Virus record (IMG/VR): IMGVR_UViG_3300041402_000314
Coordinates: 124,001-188,000 of that record
Strand: one strand, 5' to 3'
DNA length: 64,000 bases
Under the pieces are notes generated by a model that saw only the letters and a list, made by a program, of their open reading frames with translations, ran no database searches and had not been told where the DNA came from. Of this stretch, positions 54,520-64,000 are shown one piece after another (within the stretch, counting starts at the first letter, position 1; every line of letters begins with the position of its first letter). The translations under genes were made by a program, and so were the position numbers.

Positions 54520-55023
54520 ATGCTTAAAAAATCAAATGTAGAAATAGTATATCAAATTGAAAGATATACACCAGATATCAAAACAAAGACCGTTAATGTA
54601 GAGATAGCAACGGGTACTATTTTAGATGGTATTTTCGTGTCAGATAACAGAGGACTAACTTTTCTTTCAATATCTAATATCCCCGATAAAACTATACAAA
54701 AATCAGAATCTTTGATTGTTGATGTAAATGGTCAAGTAACCCTATCAGAAACGCCAATCGATAATAATGACATAGAAGTCGGTGGAGTAGCACAAGAACC
54801 CATTACAGGCCAATTAGTAACTTGTTCTGGTTATGTAGAAAATGATATTGTGGCTGTTAGTTATTACCATATTGTGGCAGGTAGAAATTGGTTTAATGAA
54901 GCAGCTAATTTTGTTAAAGAAGATAATCCTGAATACGCAGGATTAGATGATTATCAATATAACGCTAAAAGATTATGGTCTATACTTATTGAAATGGGAT
55001 TAATATCAGGAGCGATTGTATAA
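54520..55023 (+). CDS. Probable virion/tail-associated protein
   Basis: Beta-rich; in late operon. Confidence 0.5.
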   Translation: MLKKSNVEIVYQIERYTPDIKTKTVNVEIATGTILDGIFVSDNRGLTFLSISNIPDKTIQKSESLIVDVNGQVTLSETPIDNNDIEVGGVAQEPITGQLVTCSGYVENDIVAVSYYHIVAGRNWFNEAANFVKEDNPEYAGLDDYQYNAKRLWSILIEMGLISGAIV

Positions 55024-55665
55024 ATGGCAATAACTTACGCCACATGGAATCCTGCTGATAAAGGACCGAGGATAGGTACTAGCGGGGGTGATCTTACTGC
55101 ATATAAAACTGCAACTGTCCCATGGAACGCAATCAGGGCGACACAAGGGAAGTCTTCAGGAAAATGGTATTTTGAGGTAACATTAGGGGCAGGGGCTTTA
55201 GATGATGTAGTTTTGGGATTTGGGACTATTGATTCATACCTTGGTGATGCTGCTGCCATCCATGGCCTTCCGGGTTTTGATACTTCTCCTGATTATAGTT
55301 GGGGATGGTTTGCTGGAGATGGTAAGCAAAGATATTATAATAGAGTTACCGGAGCATTAATATTTACTGCTGTAGGTAGTGATATTATTCGTTTAAAAGT
55401 TGATTTAGATAGTGGGTATGCTTATATAGCAAAAAATGGAGGAGCGTTTAGCGCAACAACACTTAACAATACGAGCATGGCAGGATTAGATATATACCCT
55501 ATGGCTGGATTATATACCCAGAACCACTATTGTATCGCTAATTTCGGGGCATCATCTTTTACCTATTCTGTCCCTGATGGATATAATTCAGGATGGTATG
55601 AAGGCGAAGAACCTGCTGGAAATAGGCGAAGAAAAGTAATACAAACAAGACAATTAGGAAATTAA
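55024..55665 (+). CDS. SPRY/B30.2-domain protein, probably tail-associated
   Basis: WNP.DK, RAT.GKSSGKWYFEV, D.I....DLD.G, YP, NFG...F.Y.VP.GY. Confidence 0.85.
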   Translation: MAITYATWNPADKGPRIGTSGGDLTAYKTATVPWNAIRATQGKSSGKWYFEVTLGAGALDDVVLGFGTIDSYLGDAAAIHGLPGFDTSPDYSWGWFAGDGKQRYYNRVTGALIFTAVGSDIIRLKVDLDSGYAYIAKNGGAFSATTLNNTSMAGLDIYPMAGLYTQNHYCIANFGASSFTYSVPDGYNSGWYEGEEPAGNRRRKVIQTRQLGN

Positions 55666-55666
55666 T

Positions 55667-56176
55667 ATGTGGAAATTACAAGCAACCGCAACAATAAATC
55701 TAAAAATTCCATTAATTAATAGTGATGGTACACAAGCTATAGGGGAGACTTCTGGCCTATTCACTAAAATTATAGCTCCAGACGGAAGCGTTATAAGCGG
55801 ATACACAGAAGCAACTTTTAGTGAGCCGAATAGCGATGGTGTATATAATGTGTCTTTTCCTTCTAATGCTCCTACGAAAGCGTTTTTACTTGAAGATCAA
55901 GCCAATCCATATAGTGTAACTCTCGATAGTTCAACCGCAGATGTTGAATCTATGACTATTAATGTATGGATAACCTCTGTATATCCTTGGGAAACATCTT
56001 TAGAATCTACACTAGAAAGTATTAGTGGAGATATCCAAGATATAGAATTTGATACTACTGGTTTAGCCTTAGAATCTACCTTAGAATCTGTCAGTGGTGA
56101 TATAAATAGTATTAAGGGTACAGGTTATGATGAAAATATACACAGTCTTAAAGAAATTAAAAATAGAATAGGATAA
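55667..56176 (+). CDS. Probable virion protein with internal LESTLES.SGDI repeat
   Basis: ORF track; repeat visible in translation. Confidence 0.55.
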   Translation: MWKLQATATINLKIPLINSDGTQAIGETSGLFTKIIAPDGSVISGYTEATFSEPNSDGVYNVSFPSNAPTKAFLLEDQANPYSVTLDSSTADVESMTINVWITSVYPWETSLESTLESISGDIQDIEFDTTGLALESTLESVSGDINSIKGTGYDENIHSLKEIKNRIG

Positions 56177-56179
56177 TAC

Positions 56180-56737
56180 ATGGCTGGAATAAATATAGTA
56201 GATAGTGTAAAAATATTAGGCAATGATGATGCTTCTGAAGCTATCGTAGACCAATACAATAAAGCTTTAGCTGTTATTACTACCGAACATGAAAAAATCC
56301 ATGAAGGAAAGGGATATACAGTTAGTTTAGATTTTATAGTTCCTGAAAACGGATTTGTTGATATTTTAATGGTTAATCCTGCTCTAAATTGGCCTCACTT
56401 AAGATATTATGCTAGTGAAACAACTGGTGCGCCATGTCAAATATGTTTTTTTAGAGAGCCAACTGTAAATGATAATGGTTCATTGGCATCTAGTAGAAAT
56501 AATAATTTTAATTCCGACAATATATCCAATATGCAAGTGTATTCCGCTCCTGATATTGCTGATGTTGGCGATGAACAAGATTGTGATTATATTGTAGGCG
56601 GAAAGTTTGAAGGTGGGTCAGTATCACCAGCAATAAATGAATGGGTATTAGTTCCTTCAGAAAAATATTTGCTACGATTTGAAAATAAATCAGGAATACC
56701 AGTAGACTTAAATATACACCTATTTTATTATGAATAA
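56180..56737 (+). CDS. Probable virion protein, paralog of 8807-9376
   Basis: HEKIHEG, RNNN, EWV...YLLRFENKSG. Confidence 0.55.
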   Translation: MAGINIVDSVKILGNDDASEAIVDQYNKALAVITTEHEKIHEGKGYTVSLDFIVPENGFVDILMVNPALNWPHLRYYASETTGAPCQICFFREPTVNDNGSLASSRNNNFNSDNISNMQVYSAPDIADVGDEQDCDYIVGGKFEGGSVSPAINEWVLVPSEKYLLRFENKSGIPVDLNIHLFYYE

Positions 56738-56749
56738 AAGGAGAATTAA

Positions 56750-57478
56750 ATGAGAGGTTGGTCAAATATACAAGCTATAGGAGAAAGAGATAGTATAGCT
56801 GTAGTTTCTCAAGGTAGTGATTTATGGCATCATCCCACTATAACTTCTATAACTACTCCGCCTAGTGGTGGAGAGCAGATGGAAATATACAGCACTGATG
56901 ATGAAGATAATATTATAGGTACTGGTATCAGACAAATTTATCTTCATTATTTAGATTCTGCTGGTGATGCTGCTTATGAAATATTAGATATGGATGGGAC
57001 TACGCCTGTTGCTACCAGTGCTGATGATATACGATTTATACAAGACATACATTCTATATCTAATGGCGATAATGGAGTAGCAGTAGGGAATATATTTATA
57101 AGAAGCATAGCCAATCCAACAACAAACATATATGACTTTATAGAATTGGGTGGAAATATGTCATTAACTATTCAAAAAATGGTTCCTGCTAATAAGACTT
57201 TATATATAACTCATTGGCATGGTTCGGCATCTGGAAAAAATTCTGTAGCTATGAGGCTTAGAAGTACCGATCATCATGGCGAATTATTTGAAAATACATT
57301 TATATTTAAAGATACTGTCGCTCTTGAAAACTCGTCTTTTAGTAGAACTTGGAGCAAAGAAGAATGGGTTCCTATTCCAGAATTCTCTATTGTAAAGATT
57401 TCTGTTTGGACTTCTGGAGCTGGAGCAAATGTAGCTGGCGGTTGGAATGGTGTCTTAATAGATAAAACAAGCACATAA
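56750..57478 (+). CDS. Probable virion protein
   Basis: Beta-rich; late operon. Confidence 0.55.
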   Translation: MRGWSNIQAIGERDSIAVVSQGSDLWHHPTITSITTPPSGGEQMEIYSTDDEDNIIGTGIRQIYLHYLDSAGDAAYEILDMDGTTPVATSADDIRFIQDIHSISNGDNGVAVGNIFIRSIANPTTNIYDFIELGGNMSLTIQKMVPANKTLYITHWHGSASGKNSVAMRLRSTDHHGELFENTFIFKDTVALENSSFSRTWSKEEWVPIPEFSIVKISVWTSGAGANVAGGWNGVLIDKTST

Positions 57479-57490
57479 AGGATATTATAA

Positions 57491-58423
57491 ATGCAATCAT
57501 ATTTTAAACATGGCATGGGTGATGCCTTAACACTATATTTCGAAATCTTCAGAAATAATGTTGGTCAAACTGGCGAGACACCTACTGTAGCCATCCAGAA
57601 AAAATCTAATGATGAATGGCTAAATGATACTCTCGATGGATGGCAAGCAGAATATAATGATATTGCTTTATCTGAAGCCTCTTCTGCTGATCTACCCGGT
57701 ATATACAATATTAATATTTCCCATATAGATGCTACTGCCGAAACATACAATTGCTATTTCAAAAATACTGGCGATAATGCTGGAAGTGATTTTGAAGCTC
57801 ATGTATTCACTGGAGCAGTTTATGTTCCTTCAAGTTCTGCATATGCGTCTGAAACTGTTCTAGGCCACTTGGATGATATCAAACACAAAGATGGTAATAA
57901 GACCTTTGACAATACTACAGATTCCTTAGAGGCTATTGTTGATAATGGTGTGAGTTCTGCCGACTTAGACTTGATCGCTAAAGAGGCTACTCTACTTGGC
58001 GTATCTGGAGACATAGAAGATATTAATTCTGGATTATTTGATGTAGGCGGAGACATAGCCAAAGTTATCGTTCAACCAGTACAAGGTAATTTCGATTATA
58101 CTAGCATCAAGAATCAGAGAGTTGAGATCAAACGTGGTTCTAGTGCCGATATACCTTATTCTCTAAGTCAAAATATCAGTGGTTATGACGTATATTTCGG
58201 AGTTAAGAAGGACTTTAGAAGCGATACCTTTGATATCCTAGAGAAAGACATTACGGCATATGTATCAGACTTCGAGACTGGTACAGGAACTATAAACTTA
58301 ACTGTTGCCGAAACTGACCTAGAAGATGGTGACTACATAGGTGAAATGAGACTAGAGCAAGGCGATGAAGTAGTTAAGCCTGTCGAATTCAGACTACGAA
58401 TACTACCGACTATTTTCACATAA
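57491..58423 (+). CDS. Probable virion protein with Ig/BppU-like C-terminal domain
   Basis: G.I.L....TDL..G.Y.GE.R pattern at C-terminus. Confidence 0.5.
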   Translation: MQSYFKHGMGDALTLYFEIFRNNVGQTGETPTVAIQKKSNDEWLNDTLDGWQAEYNDIALSEASSADLPGIYNINISHIDATAETYNCYFKNTGDNAGSDFEAHVFTGAVYVPSSSAYASETVLGHLDDIKHKDGNKTFDNTTDSLEAIVDNGVSSADLDLIAKEATLLGVSGDIEDINSGLFDVGGDIAKVIVQPVQGNFDYTSIKNQRVEIKRGSSADIPYSLSQNISGYDVYFGVKKDFRSDTFDILEKDITAYVSDFETGTGTINLTVAETDLEDGDYIGEMRLEQGDEVVKPVEFRLRILPTIFT

Positions 58424-58441
58424 CTACCGACTCCTTTGTGA

Positions 58442-58449
58442 TATAAATA
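58442..58449 (+). promoter_or_regulatory. T4-type late promoter of the glycosyltransferase cluster
   Basis: TATAAATA. Confidence 0.7.
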
Positions 58450-58473
58450 ATTAAAATATCACAAAGGAGTCTT

Positions 58474-59229
58474 ATGTCTGATCAAAGAGTTTCCATTATT
58501 ATCCCGAATAAAAATAGTTATGAAATGTTAAAGGATTGCATTGATTCTATTTTCCTTACCACCTCTTATCCCAACTACGAGATAGTCATTGTAGAAAATG
58601 GGTCAACAGAGGAAGATATATTTGAGTATTATGAAATCTTGAAAAAGAATCATAGTAATCTCAGAGTATTCACCTATAAAGAACCTTTCAATTTTTCCGC
58701 TATAAACAATTTTGCTGTCCGACAAACAAACAGTGAATTCCTGTTATTTCTCAATAATGATACCAAAATAATCAATGAAGATTGGCTAATCGCTATGGTT
58801 CGCATTCTTAAGAATAAAAAGAATGGCGTAGCTGGTGCTACTCTCCTTTACGATGATGATACTGTCCAACATGCAGGAATAGCAACAGACCCTAAATGGA
58901 TAGCATACCACATCAACCATAAAATTACAAGAGAAAACATTCCGACTAAATCAATGACGGTTGATGCTGTTACTGGCGCATGTTTATTAACTACAACCGA
59001 TATATTCAATAAGGTGGGTGGCTTCGATGAGAACCTTCCTATTGCATATAATGATGTCGATTTCTGTCTAAAGGTAAGAGATAGAGGCTACAAGATTAAA
59101 TGGACTCCGAATTCTCTACTATATCATTACGAATCTAAGACAAGAGGATTGGATGACGGAACAGAGAAGAGAGCTAGACTTAAACGTGAATCTGAATACA
59201 TGAGGTCAAAATGGAAGACAAAACTTTAG
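58474..59229 (+). CDS. Glycosyltransferase family 2
   Basis: VSIIIP, VENGS, FNFSAINN, LFLNNDT, AVTGACL, GGFDE.L..AYND.DFCL. Confidence 0.92.
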   Translation: MSDQRVSIIIPNKNSYEMLKDCIDSIFLTTSYPNYEIVIVENGSTEEDIFEYYEILKKNHSNLRVFTYKEPFNFSAINNFAVRQTNSEFLLFLNNDTKIINEDWLIAMVRILKNKKNGVAGATLLYDDDTVQHAGIATDPKWIAYHINHKITRENIPTKSMTVDAVTGACLLTTTDIFNKVGGFDENLPIAYNDVDFCLKVRDRGYKIKWTPNSLLYHYESKTRGLDDGTEKRARLKRESEYMRSKWKTKL

Positions 59230-59996
59230 TCAATTTAGTAATAGTCACATTTAATCGTTGGGAATATACCGAACAGTGTATACCGAGTATAAGAGAAACC
59301 GCTTCTGATAATATTCCATACATAATAACCGTTGTCGATAATGGCTCGACTGATGGGACTCCAGACAAATTAAAGGAAATGTATAATGCTGGTCTCATAG
59401 ATCATCTTATATTACTCAAAGAGAATATCGGTATCTCTAAGGCTCAAAATCTAGGGTGGAAATGTCATGAAGAAGTTCCTTTCTATGCTAAGATAGATAA
59501 TGATATTATATTCAATAAAAATGGCTGGTTAAATGGCATTATAAATACTTTTGAGAAGACCACCAATATCGGTGCTTTAGGTTATCAATGCTCTGATGAC
59601 GGTGCTGAATACCCTGCTGTTATAGATAACGGAGTCGAGTATAGAGTTAAGAATGGCAATATTGGCGGAGCCTGTTTCTTCGTACCGAAACATATCAATG
59701 AGGAACTAGGATATTGGTGTGAGGAATATGGCAAGTATGGTGAAGAGGATGCCGACTATGGGATGCGTATTACCGTCTCAGGCCACTTAAATTGTTATAT
59801 GATGGATAGGTCTACCATTACCCATTTACCAGACGAGAAAGGCGATTATAGGTCTTTCAAGGATAATGAGAGAGAAGAGAACTTGAAGGGAAATTTCTGG
59901 AATCTGATCAAGGAATATAGAGCTGGAAAAAGACCTTTGAAAATAGAGACAAATATTTTAGATGAAGCTGATATCGAAGGAGAATATATAAGATGA
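59211..59996 (+). CDS. Glycosyltransferase family 2
   Basis: IVTFNR, VVDNGSTDGT, N.G...A.N.G, KIDND, YG.EDADY. Confidence 0.9.
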   Translation: MEDKTLVNLVIVTFNRWEYTEQCIPSIRETASDNIPYIITVVDNGSTDGTPDKLKEMYNAGLIDHLILLKENIGISKAQNLGWKCHEEVPFYAKIDNDIIFNKNGWLNGIINTFEKTTNIGALGYQCSDDGAEYPAVIDNGVEYRVKNGNIGGACFFVPKHINEELGYWCEEYGKYGEEDADYGMRITVSGHLNCYMMDRSTITHLPDEKGDYRSFKDNEREENLKGNFWNLIKEYRAGKRPLKIETNILDEADIEGEYIR

Positions 59997-60430
59997 AAAT
60001 ACCTGAATTGATAGACGAATATTTTGAAATTCTTGATAGATTGATTGAAATTAATAAATTAAGAAGAGAGGAAATCCATGTTAACATAAAAAATATGATA
60101 GGTTCCCAATATTACATTGATGAATACTGTACAATTAAATGTGATATTGGGAGACAAACTGGAAAGTCTGAATATGTTAGGAGAAGAGGTAATAAAAATA
60201 CATTAGTAATTGTAACTAAGTCCGCATATAAGGCACATTATAAAGATTTTGAGGGAACGGTAATGTCACCAATAGAGATTATGAACGGTAAGATACGTGG
60301 AATTGAAAGATTCGAAACCATATTTATAGAGGAACCTTCTTTTACTCTTAAGAATGTTTCTAAAGATCAATTATATAATGAGTTGGTGGATAATACGAAA
60401 GAACAAACCTTTATTATATTAGGAATGTAA
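59993..60430 (+). CDS. Compact P-loop NTPase-like protein
   Basis: Walker A-like GRQTGKS; Walker B-like TIFIEE. Confidence 0.5.
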   Translation: MKIPELIDEYFEILDRLIEINKLRREEIHVNIKNMIGSQYYIDEYCTIKCDIGRQTGKSEYVRRRGNKNTLVIVTKSAYKAHYKDFEGTVMSPIEIMNGKIRGIERFETIFIEEPSFTLKNVSKDQLYNELVDNTKEQTFIILGM

Positions 60431-60431
60431 G

Positions 60432-60809
60432 ATGAAGAAAGAATATGCTCATGAAATTGATATGACTCACCTAGTACCACCATATAAGGCAAAAGAAAGC
60501 GATCTTATTTTTAATAATAGACCTACTCAGGAAGATGTTATTAAAGCTGAAAGGGATGATAAACTTATTATTATATTATTAGAAGTTCCTGAATTGACTT
60601 GTGATGAGCTGATTGCGTTTACAAAGGGATATCTAAATTGTTTAGGAATTGAAGAATCTAGCCTTAACATACAAACATATGTGGTATCTGAAATAATAGA
60701 TTATGATGGTTGGAAAGAGAGTTTTCTTAAAAATTATTTACTGATTAACGAAATGCATGAGCCTTGGTTTGCTCCTGCTGGATTTAATAGAGGTATGATA
60801 AAAAAATGA
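60432..60809 (+). CDS. Hypothetical protein ending in a tail-sheath signature peptide
   Basis: C-terminal PWFAPAGFNRG. Confidence 0.55.
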   Translation: MKKEYAHEIDMTHLVPPYKAKESDLIFNNRPTQEDVIKAERDDKLIIILLEVPELTCDELIAFTKGYLNCLGIEESSLNIQTYVVSEIIDYDGWKESFLKNYLLINEMHEPWFAPAGFNRGMIKK

Positions 60810-60845
60810 AAATTGGACTTGTAGATTAAGGCGACAAACTAACGA

Positions 60846-60853
60846 TATAAATA
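60846..60853 (+). promoter_or_regulatory. T4-type late promoter
   Basis: TATAAATA. Confidence 0.65.
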
Positions 60854-60885
60854 CTTAAAATAATAGCTTATAGGAGAAAGAAAAA

Positions 60886-61443
60886 ATGGAATACGAATTA
60901 GGTGAACCAGCTAAAATTATATTGAAGGAACTGACTGATAGAGGACATTTAGATAAAGATAATTTACCTAAAATATGGATAGAAACAGGTACGTATAAAG
61001 GTCATAGTACAAAAAGTTTCGCAGAAGTATTTGACCATGTTTATACTATTGAAATCAAACCAGAATTAACCGAAGAGGCTAAAGAATATTGTAAAGACTT
61101 TGATAACATTACATATTTGAATGGTCCTTCTCCCACAGTATTGAATGAGCTATTACCTACCTTAAAAGAAACTTATGCTATATTCTTAGATGCTCATCAT
61201 AGTGGTGGTGATACTGGTCTTGATGAGAAATACGGAGCGCATGGAACGCCTCTTGAAGAGGAACTAGCCATTATAGGGAAATACAGTAAAGACGGTCTTA
61301 TCGTAATCGATGATTGTGTAGACCTTGGCTCTTATAATTACCCAACTCCTCAAAAATTAGAAACTGTTATGAAGGGTATTAATGGTAACTATAAGGTGGA
61401 GTTCATGGAAATACTTAGACGTATAGGCGTATGCTACACGTAA
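60886..61443 (+). CDS. Class I SAM-dependent methyltransferase (probably glycan O-methylation)
   Basis: IETGTY.G.S, YTIE, IFLDAH.SG, IVIDD. Confidence 0.75.
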   Translation: MEYELGEPAKIILKELTDRGHLDKDNLPKIWIETGTYKGHSTKSFAEVFDHVYTIEIKPELTEEAKEYCKDFDNITYLNGPSPTVLNELLPTLKETYAIFLDAHHSGGDTGLDEKYGAHGTPLEEELAIIGKYSKDGLIVIDDCVDLGSYNYPTPQKLETVMKGINGNYKVEFMEILRRIGVCYT

Positions 61444-61461
61444 GATAAAATCTTAGGAGAA

Positions 61462-62196
61462 TTGAAAATGAAATTAGCTTTATTGTGTCCGACAAGAGAA
61501 AGAGTAGGGAGTGTTAGAAGATTAGTCGATTCTATTTTAGCGACAACTACCGATACCAACAACATAATTCTTTATCTAGGAATAGATGATGACGACCCTA
61601 CTAAAGGGGAAGTGGAAGAAATGGTTTCAGAATATTCTTTTGTTAAAGTAATCACTGTTCCTAGTGACGGCACAGGAGAATTCATAGGGTTGGGAAAAAT
61701 ATGGAATCATATGGTAACAGAAGTACCCGATGAAATATTTGCTATGATAGGCGATGATATGGTTTTCGAAACCAAAAATTGGGATGTCGAGATACTAGGG
61801 GAATTTGAAAGAAGTGCAGATAAGATAATTCTCGTCCATTGTAATGACGGTATGAGAGGTATCAATGAGCCTTTGGCTGTCAATTCGTTTATATCCAGAA
61901 TATATTATGAAACATTTGGACAATATGTGAGAGAAGAATGGAAACATGAGTATCATGATACATGGTTACATGATGTTTTCACTAGGTTAGGAAGAAGAAT
62001 CTATAGACATGATATAGTTTTATTCCATCACCATCCATGCAATCCAAATTCAGAGGCAGTTGGTGATAAAACCACCGAAAGATTGGATTCTTCAAGAACT
62101 CATAATAATGATGCGAACCCACATAAATCGTTCGAAGACTTAATTCCATTAAGAGTAGCAGAAGTGGCTAAATTACAGGAGATTATCAATGGTTAA
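61462..62196 (+). CDS. GT-A fold glycosyltransferase
   Basis: PTR.R, GID.DDP, WN, GDDM.F..K.WD, DTWL. Confidence 0.75.
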   Translation: MKMKLALLCPTRERVGSVRRLVDSILATTTDTNNIILYLGIDDDDPTKGEVEEMVSEYSFVKVITVPSDGTGEFIGLGKIWNHMVTEVPDEIFAMIGDDMVFETKNWDVEILGEFERSADKIILVHCNDGMRGINEPLAVNSFISRIYYETFGQYVREEWKHEYHDTWLHDVFTRLGRRIYRHDIVLFHHHPCNPNSEAVGDKTTERLDSSRTHNNDANPHKSFEDLIPLRVAEVAKLQEIING

Positions 62197-62755
62197 ATTA
62201 TCCTTATTAATATGTACATTGGAAAATCGAAAAGACTTTCTAGCTAAATTAATGGCTTGTATTGATAAGCAAAAGACAGATGAAGTGGAGGTGCTATTTT
62301 CTCTTGATAATGGGGATAAGACAACAGGGCAGAAAAGAAACGAATTGTTAGAGCAAGCTCAAGGCGAATATACGGCTTTCTTGGACGATGATGATATGAT
62401 ATCAGATGACTATGTTTCGTTAGTCTTGGATGCTATCAATAAAAGCAATCCTGATGTAATAGGTATGCATCTCTTAATGACCGTAGATGGTGAGAACGAA
62501 GAACGTACATATCATGCCCTGAAGTATGATCATTGGTGGGATGAACCAGACCCAGAAAGACCGGGTAGAACCAGATATTTTAGAAATCCAAATCATCTCA
62601 ATCCAGTAAAAAAAGAATTAGCTTTAAAAACAAAATTCATAGATACTGATTGGGGCGAAGACCTTGAATATAGTAAAGGATTGCTCCAGTATCTCAAAAC
62701 CGAAGAATATATCGAATCTCCGATATACTACTATCTCTGTAGGAGCAATAAATGA
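62189..62755 (+). CDS. Glycosyltransferase family 2
   Basis: LSLLICTL..R, G.KRN.L...A.GEY.AF.DDDD, GED. Confidence 0.85.
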   Translation: MVKLSLLICTLENRKDFLAKLMACIDKQKTDEVEVLFSLDNGDKTTGQKRNELLEQAQGEYTAFLDDDDMISDDYVSLVLDAINKSNPDVIGMHLLMTVDGENEERTYHALKYDHWWDEPDPERPGRTRYFRNPNHLNPVKKELALKTKFIDTDWGEDLEYSKGLLQYLKTEEYIESPIYYYLCRSNK

Positions 62756-63432
62756 ACATAAGAATTGACCAGTCCGCAGGTTTTGGCGATATCTTTTTCT
62801 GTCAAAAAATAGGAAGGAGATTGATCGAGCTTGGACATACGGTATATTGGCCTATTTTTCATGGATATAGTTATGTATCCCAATATATACCTGAATTCCG
62901 TTGGTGTGAACCACCAGCGAACGAAGGTTTTGAAAATTTAAACCTCGGACAGGCAAGCATTTTAATCGGATGGGATGACCCTAGTGATATCGATGATAAG
63001 GTCATGGAATCCAAATACGATTACGCTAATACTCTTTATGATATTGGCGACTATTCGGATTGGCCTGATTATCTCAAAATAAACAGATATCACGACAAAG
63101 AGAAATTATTATCTGATAAGGTTCTTAAAAATGTTCCCGATGAATTTTGTGTCATAAATAGACATTTCGCAACTGAATGTTTATTTCTTGAAGAAGAGAT
63201 AAAATCAGATTTGCCTATAGTAGAGATAAACAAACTACCCGGATTTACCTTATTTGATTGGTGTGGAGTCTTGGAGAAGGCGACTGAGATTAGGATTCCC
63301 GATTCCAGCTTTCCATATCTCGTAGAAATGTTAGATACTACCGATGACCTTTACATGTATAATCGTACAGGGGAACCCTATATAAGAACTAAAAAGATTT
63401 GGAAGAAAAAATGGAGGTTTATGGATTCATGA
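62752..63432 (+). CDS. Glycosyltransferase-like protein (GT-B-like motifs)
   Basis: G.GDI.F, LFDW.G..EKA.EI...DSSF. Confidence 0.55.
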   Translation: MNIRIDQSAGFGDIFFCQKIGRRLIELGHTVYWPIFHGYSYVSQYIPEFRWCEPPANEGFENLNLGQASILIGWDDPSDIDDKVMESKYDYANTLYDIGDYSDWPDYLKINRYHDKEKLLSDKVLKNVPDEFCVINRHFATECLFLEEEIKSDLPIVEINKLPGFTLFDWCGVLEKATEIRIPDSSFPYLVEMLDTTDDLYMYNRTGEPYIRTKKIWKKKWRFMDS

Positions 63433-64000
63433 AATTTTTAATAACAGGCGTAGACGGATTTGTAGGTAAACATTTAGCTGATGTCCTTCTCGGAAAGGGT
63501 TGTGAAGTATATGGTCTCACCAGAAGAACGAAACACGATGAATCGAACATAACGTATTTATTCGAAGATATAAACGATAAGGTGGGAATATATAAGCTAT
63601 TCAAAGAACATTCTTTTGATGGTGTATTCCATCTAGCAGGATTAACCCATCCACCGACATCATTTAAAGAACCAGTACAATATTTTGAGACCAATGCTTT
63701 AGGGTCTATAAATATATGTGATGCTATACAGAAGACAAATAAAGAATGTGTGTTGATGCAATGTTCTACTCCAGAAGTTTATGGTATATGTCCTAGTGAT
63801 AAAGAGATAGATGAATCCTTTCCACTTAGACCTATGAACCCTTATGGAGTTTCTAAAGCAGGAGCAGATTTATATATTTTAGAAAGAGCTAGAAATAACG
63901 AGATAAAGGCATTCCTTACCAGAAGTGGTTCGCATACTGGTCCGGGTAGACCTGCTAATTATTCAATATCTTCAGATGCTATTCAGATAGCTAAAATATT
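63429..64000 (+). CDS. NAD-dependent sugar-nucleotide dehydratase/reductase (Gmd/Rmd-like), truncated by window end
   Basis: Hand-translated MKFLITGVDGFVGKHL, FHLAG, SF..P, ST.EVYG, P.NPYGVSK; absent from ORF track because it has no stop. Confidence 0.88.
   Translation, partial: MKFLITGVDGFVGKHLADVLLGKGCEVYGLTRRTKHDESNITYLFEDINDKVGIYKLFKEHSFDGVFHLAGLTHPPTSFKEPVQYFETNALGSINICDAIQKTNKECVLMQCSTPEVYGICPSDKEIDESFPLRPMNPYGVSKAGADLYILERARNNEIKAFLTRSGSHTGPGRPANYSISSDAIQIAKI

Noticed and set aside
1-64000. Alternative genetic code (TAG or TGA reassignment)
   Set aside because: Long core genes are intact under the standard code and some end in TAG or TGA next to the following RBS; the only in-frame interruption seen is a TAA.
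1-64000. tRNA, rRNA, integrase or CRISPR-Cas genes
   Set aside because: No T-loop/cloverleaf, repeat-spacer array or recombinase motifs were noticed by eye; a tRNAscan-SE/Infernal run would be needed to exclude them fully.

Overview
A 64-kb segment of a large AT-rich T4-like (contractile-tail) phage genome. The + strand carries the late virion-morphogenesis module: neck gp14, gp15, small terminase gp16, large terminase gp17, sheath gp18, tube gp19, baseplate gp26/51/TMP/48/53/27/5/3/25/6/7-like, tail-fibre-type genes, an amidase-holin-spanin-like lysis cassette and a glycosyltransferase cluster. It is punctuated by T4-type late promoters (TATAAATA). Two large minus-strand islands of small genes under sigma70-type promoters split it (11.8-27.1 kb between terS and terL; 29.0-35.6 kb between terL and sheath). 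The most notable observations are: (1) a self-contained operon with a GluR0-like ligand-gated K+ channel, a TAXI solute-binding fusion, a YjfK/DUF2491-like protein and a PspA/IM30-like protein; (2) an array of about 14 small proteins sharing an N-terminal capsid-targeting/prohead-protease-type leader; (3) two copies of a three-way-junction RNA, each just after a late promoter and beside a different free-standing nuclease gene, with loops complementary to that nuclease's RBS; (4) accessory ORFs carrying a Gol-like major-capsid peptide and a tail-sheath peptide; (5) a slippery T-run joining gp26 to gp51 ahead of the tape measure gene; (6) split coaB/coaC. All calls come from motif recognition by eye; no database searches were run. 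No tRNA, rRNA or CRISPR array was recognised.
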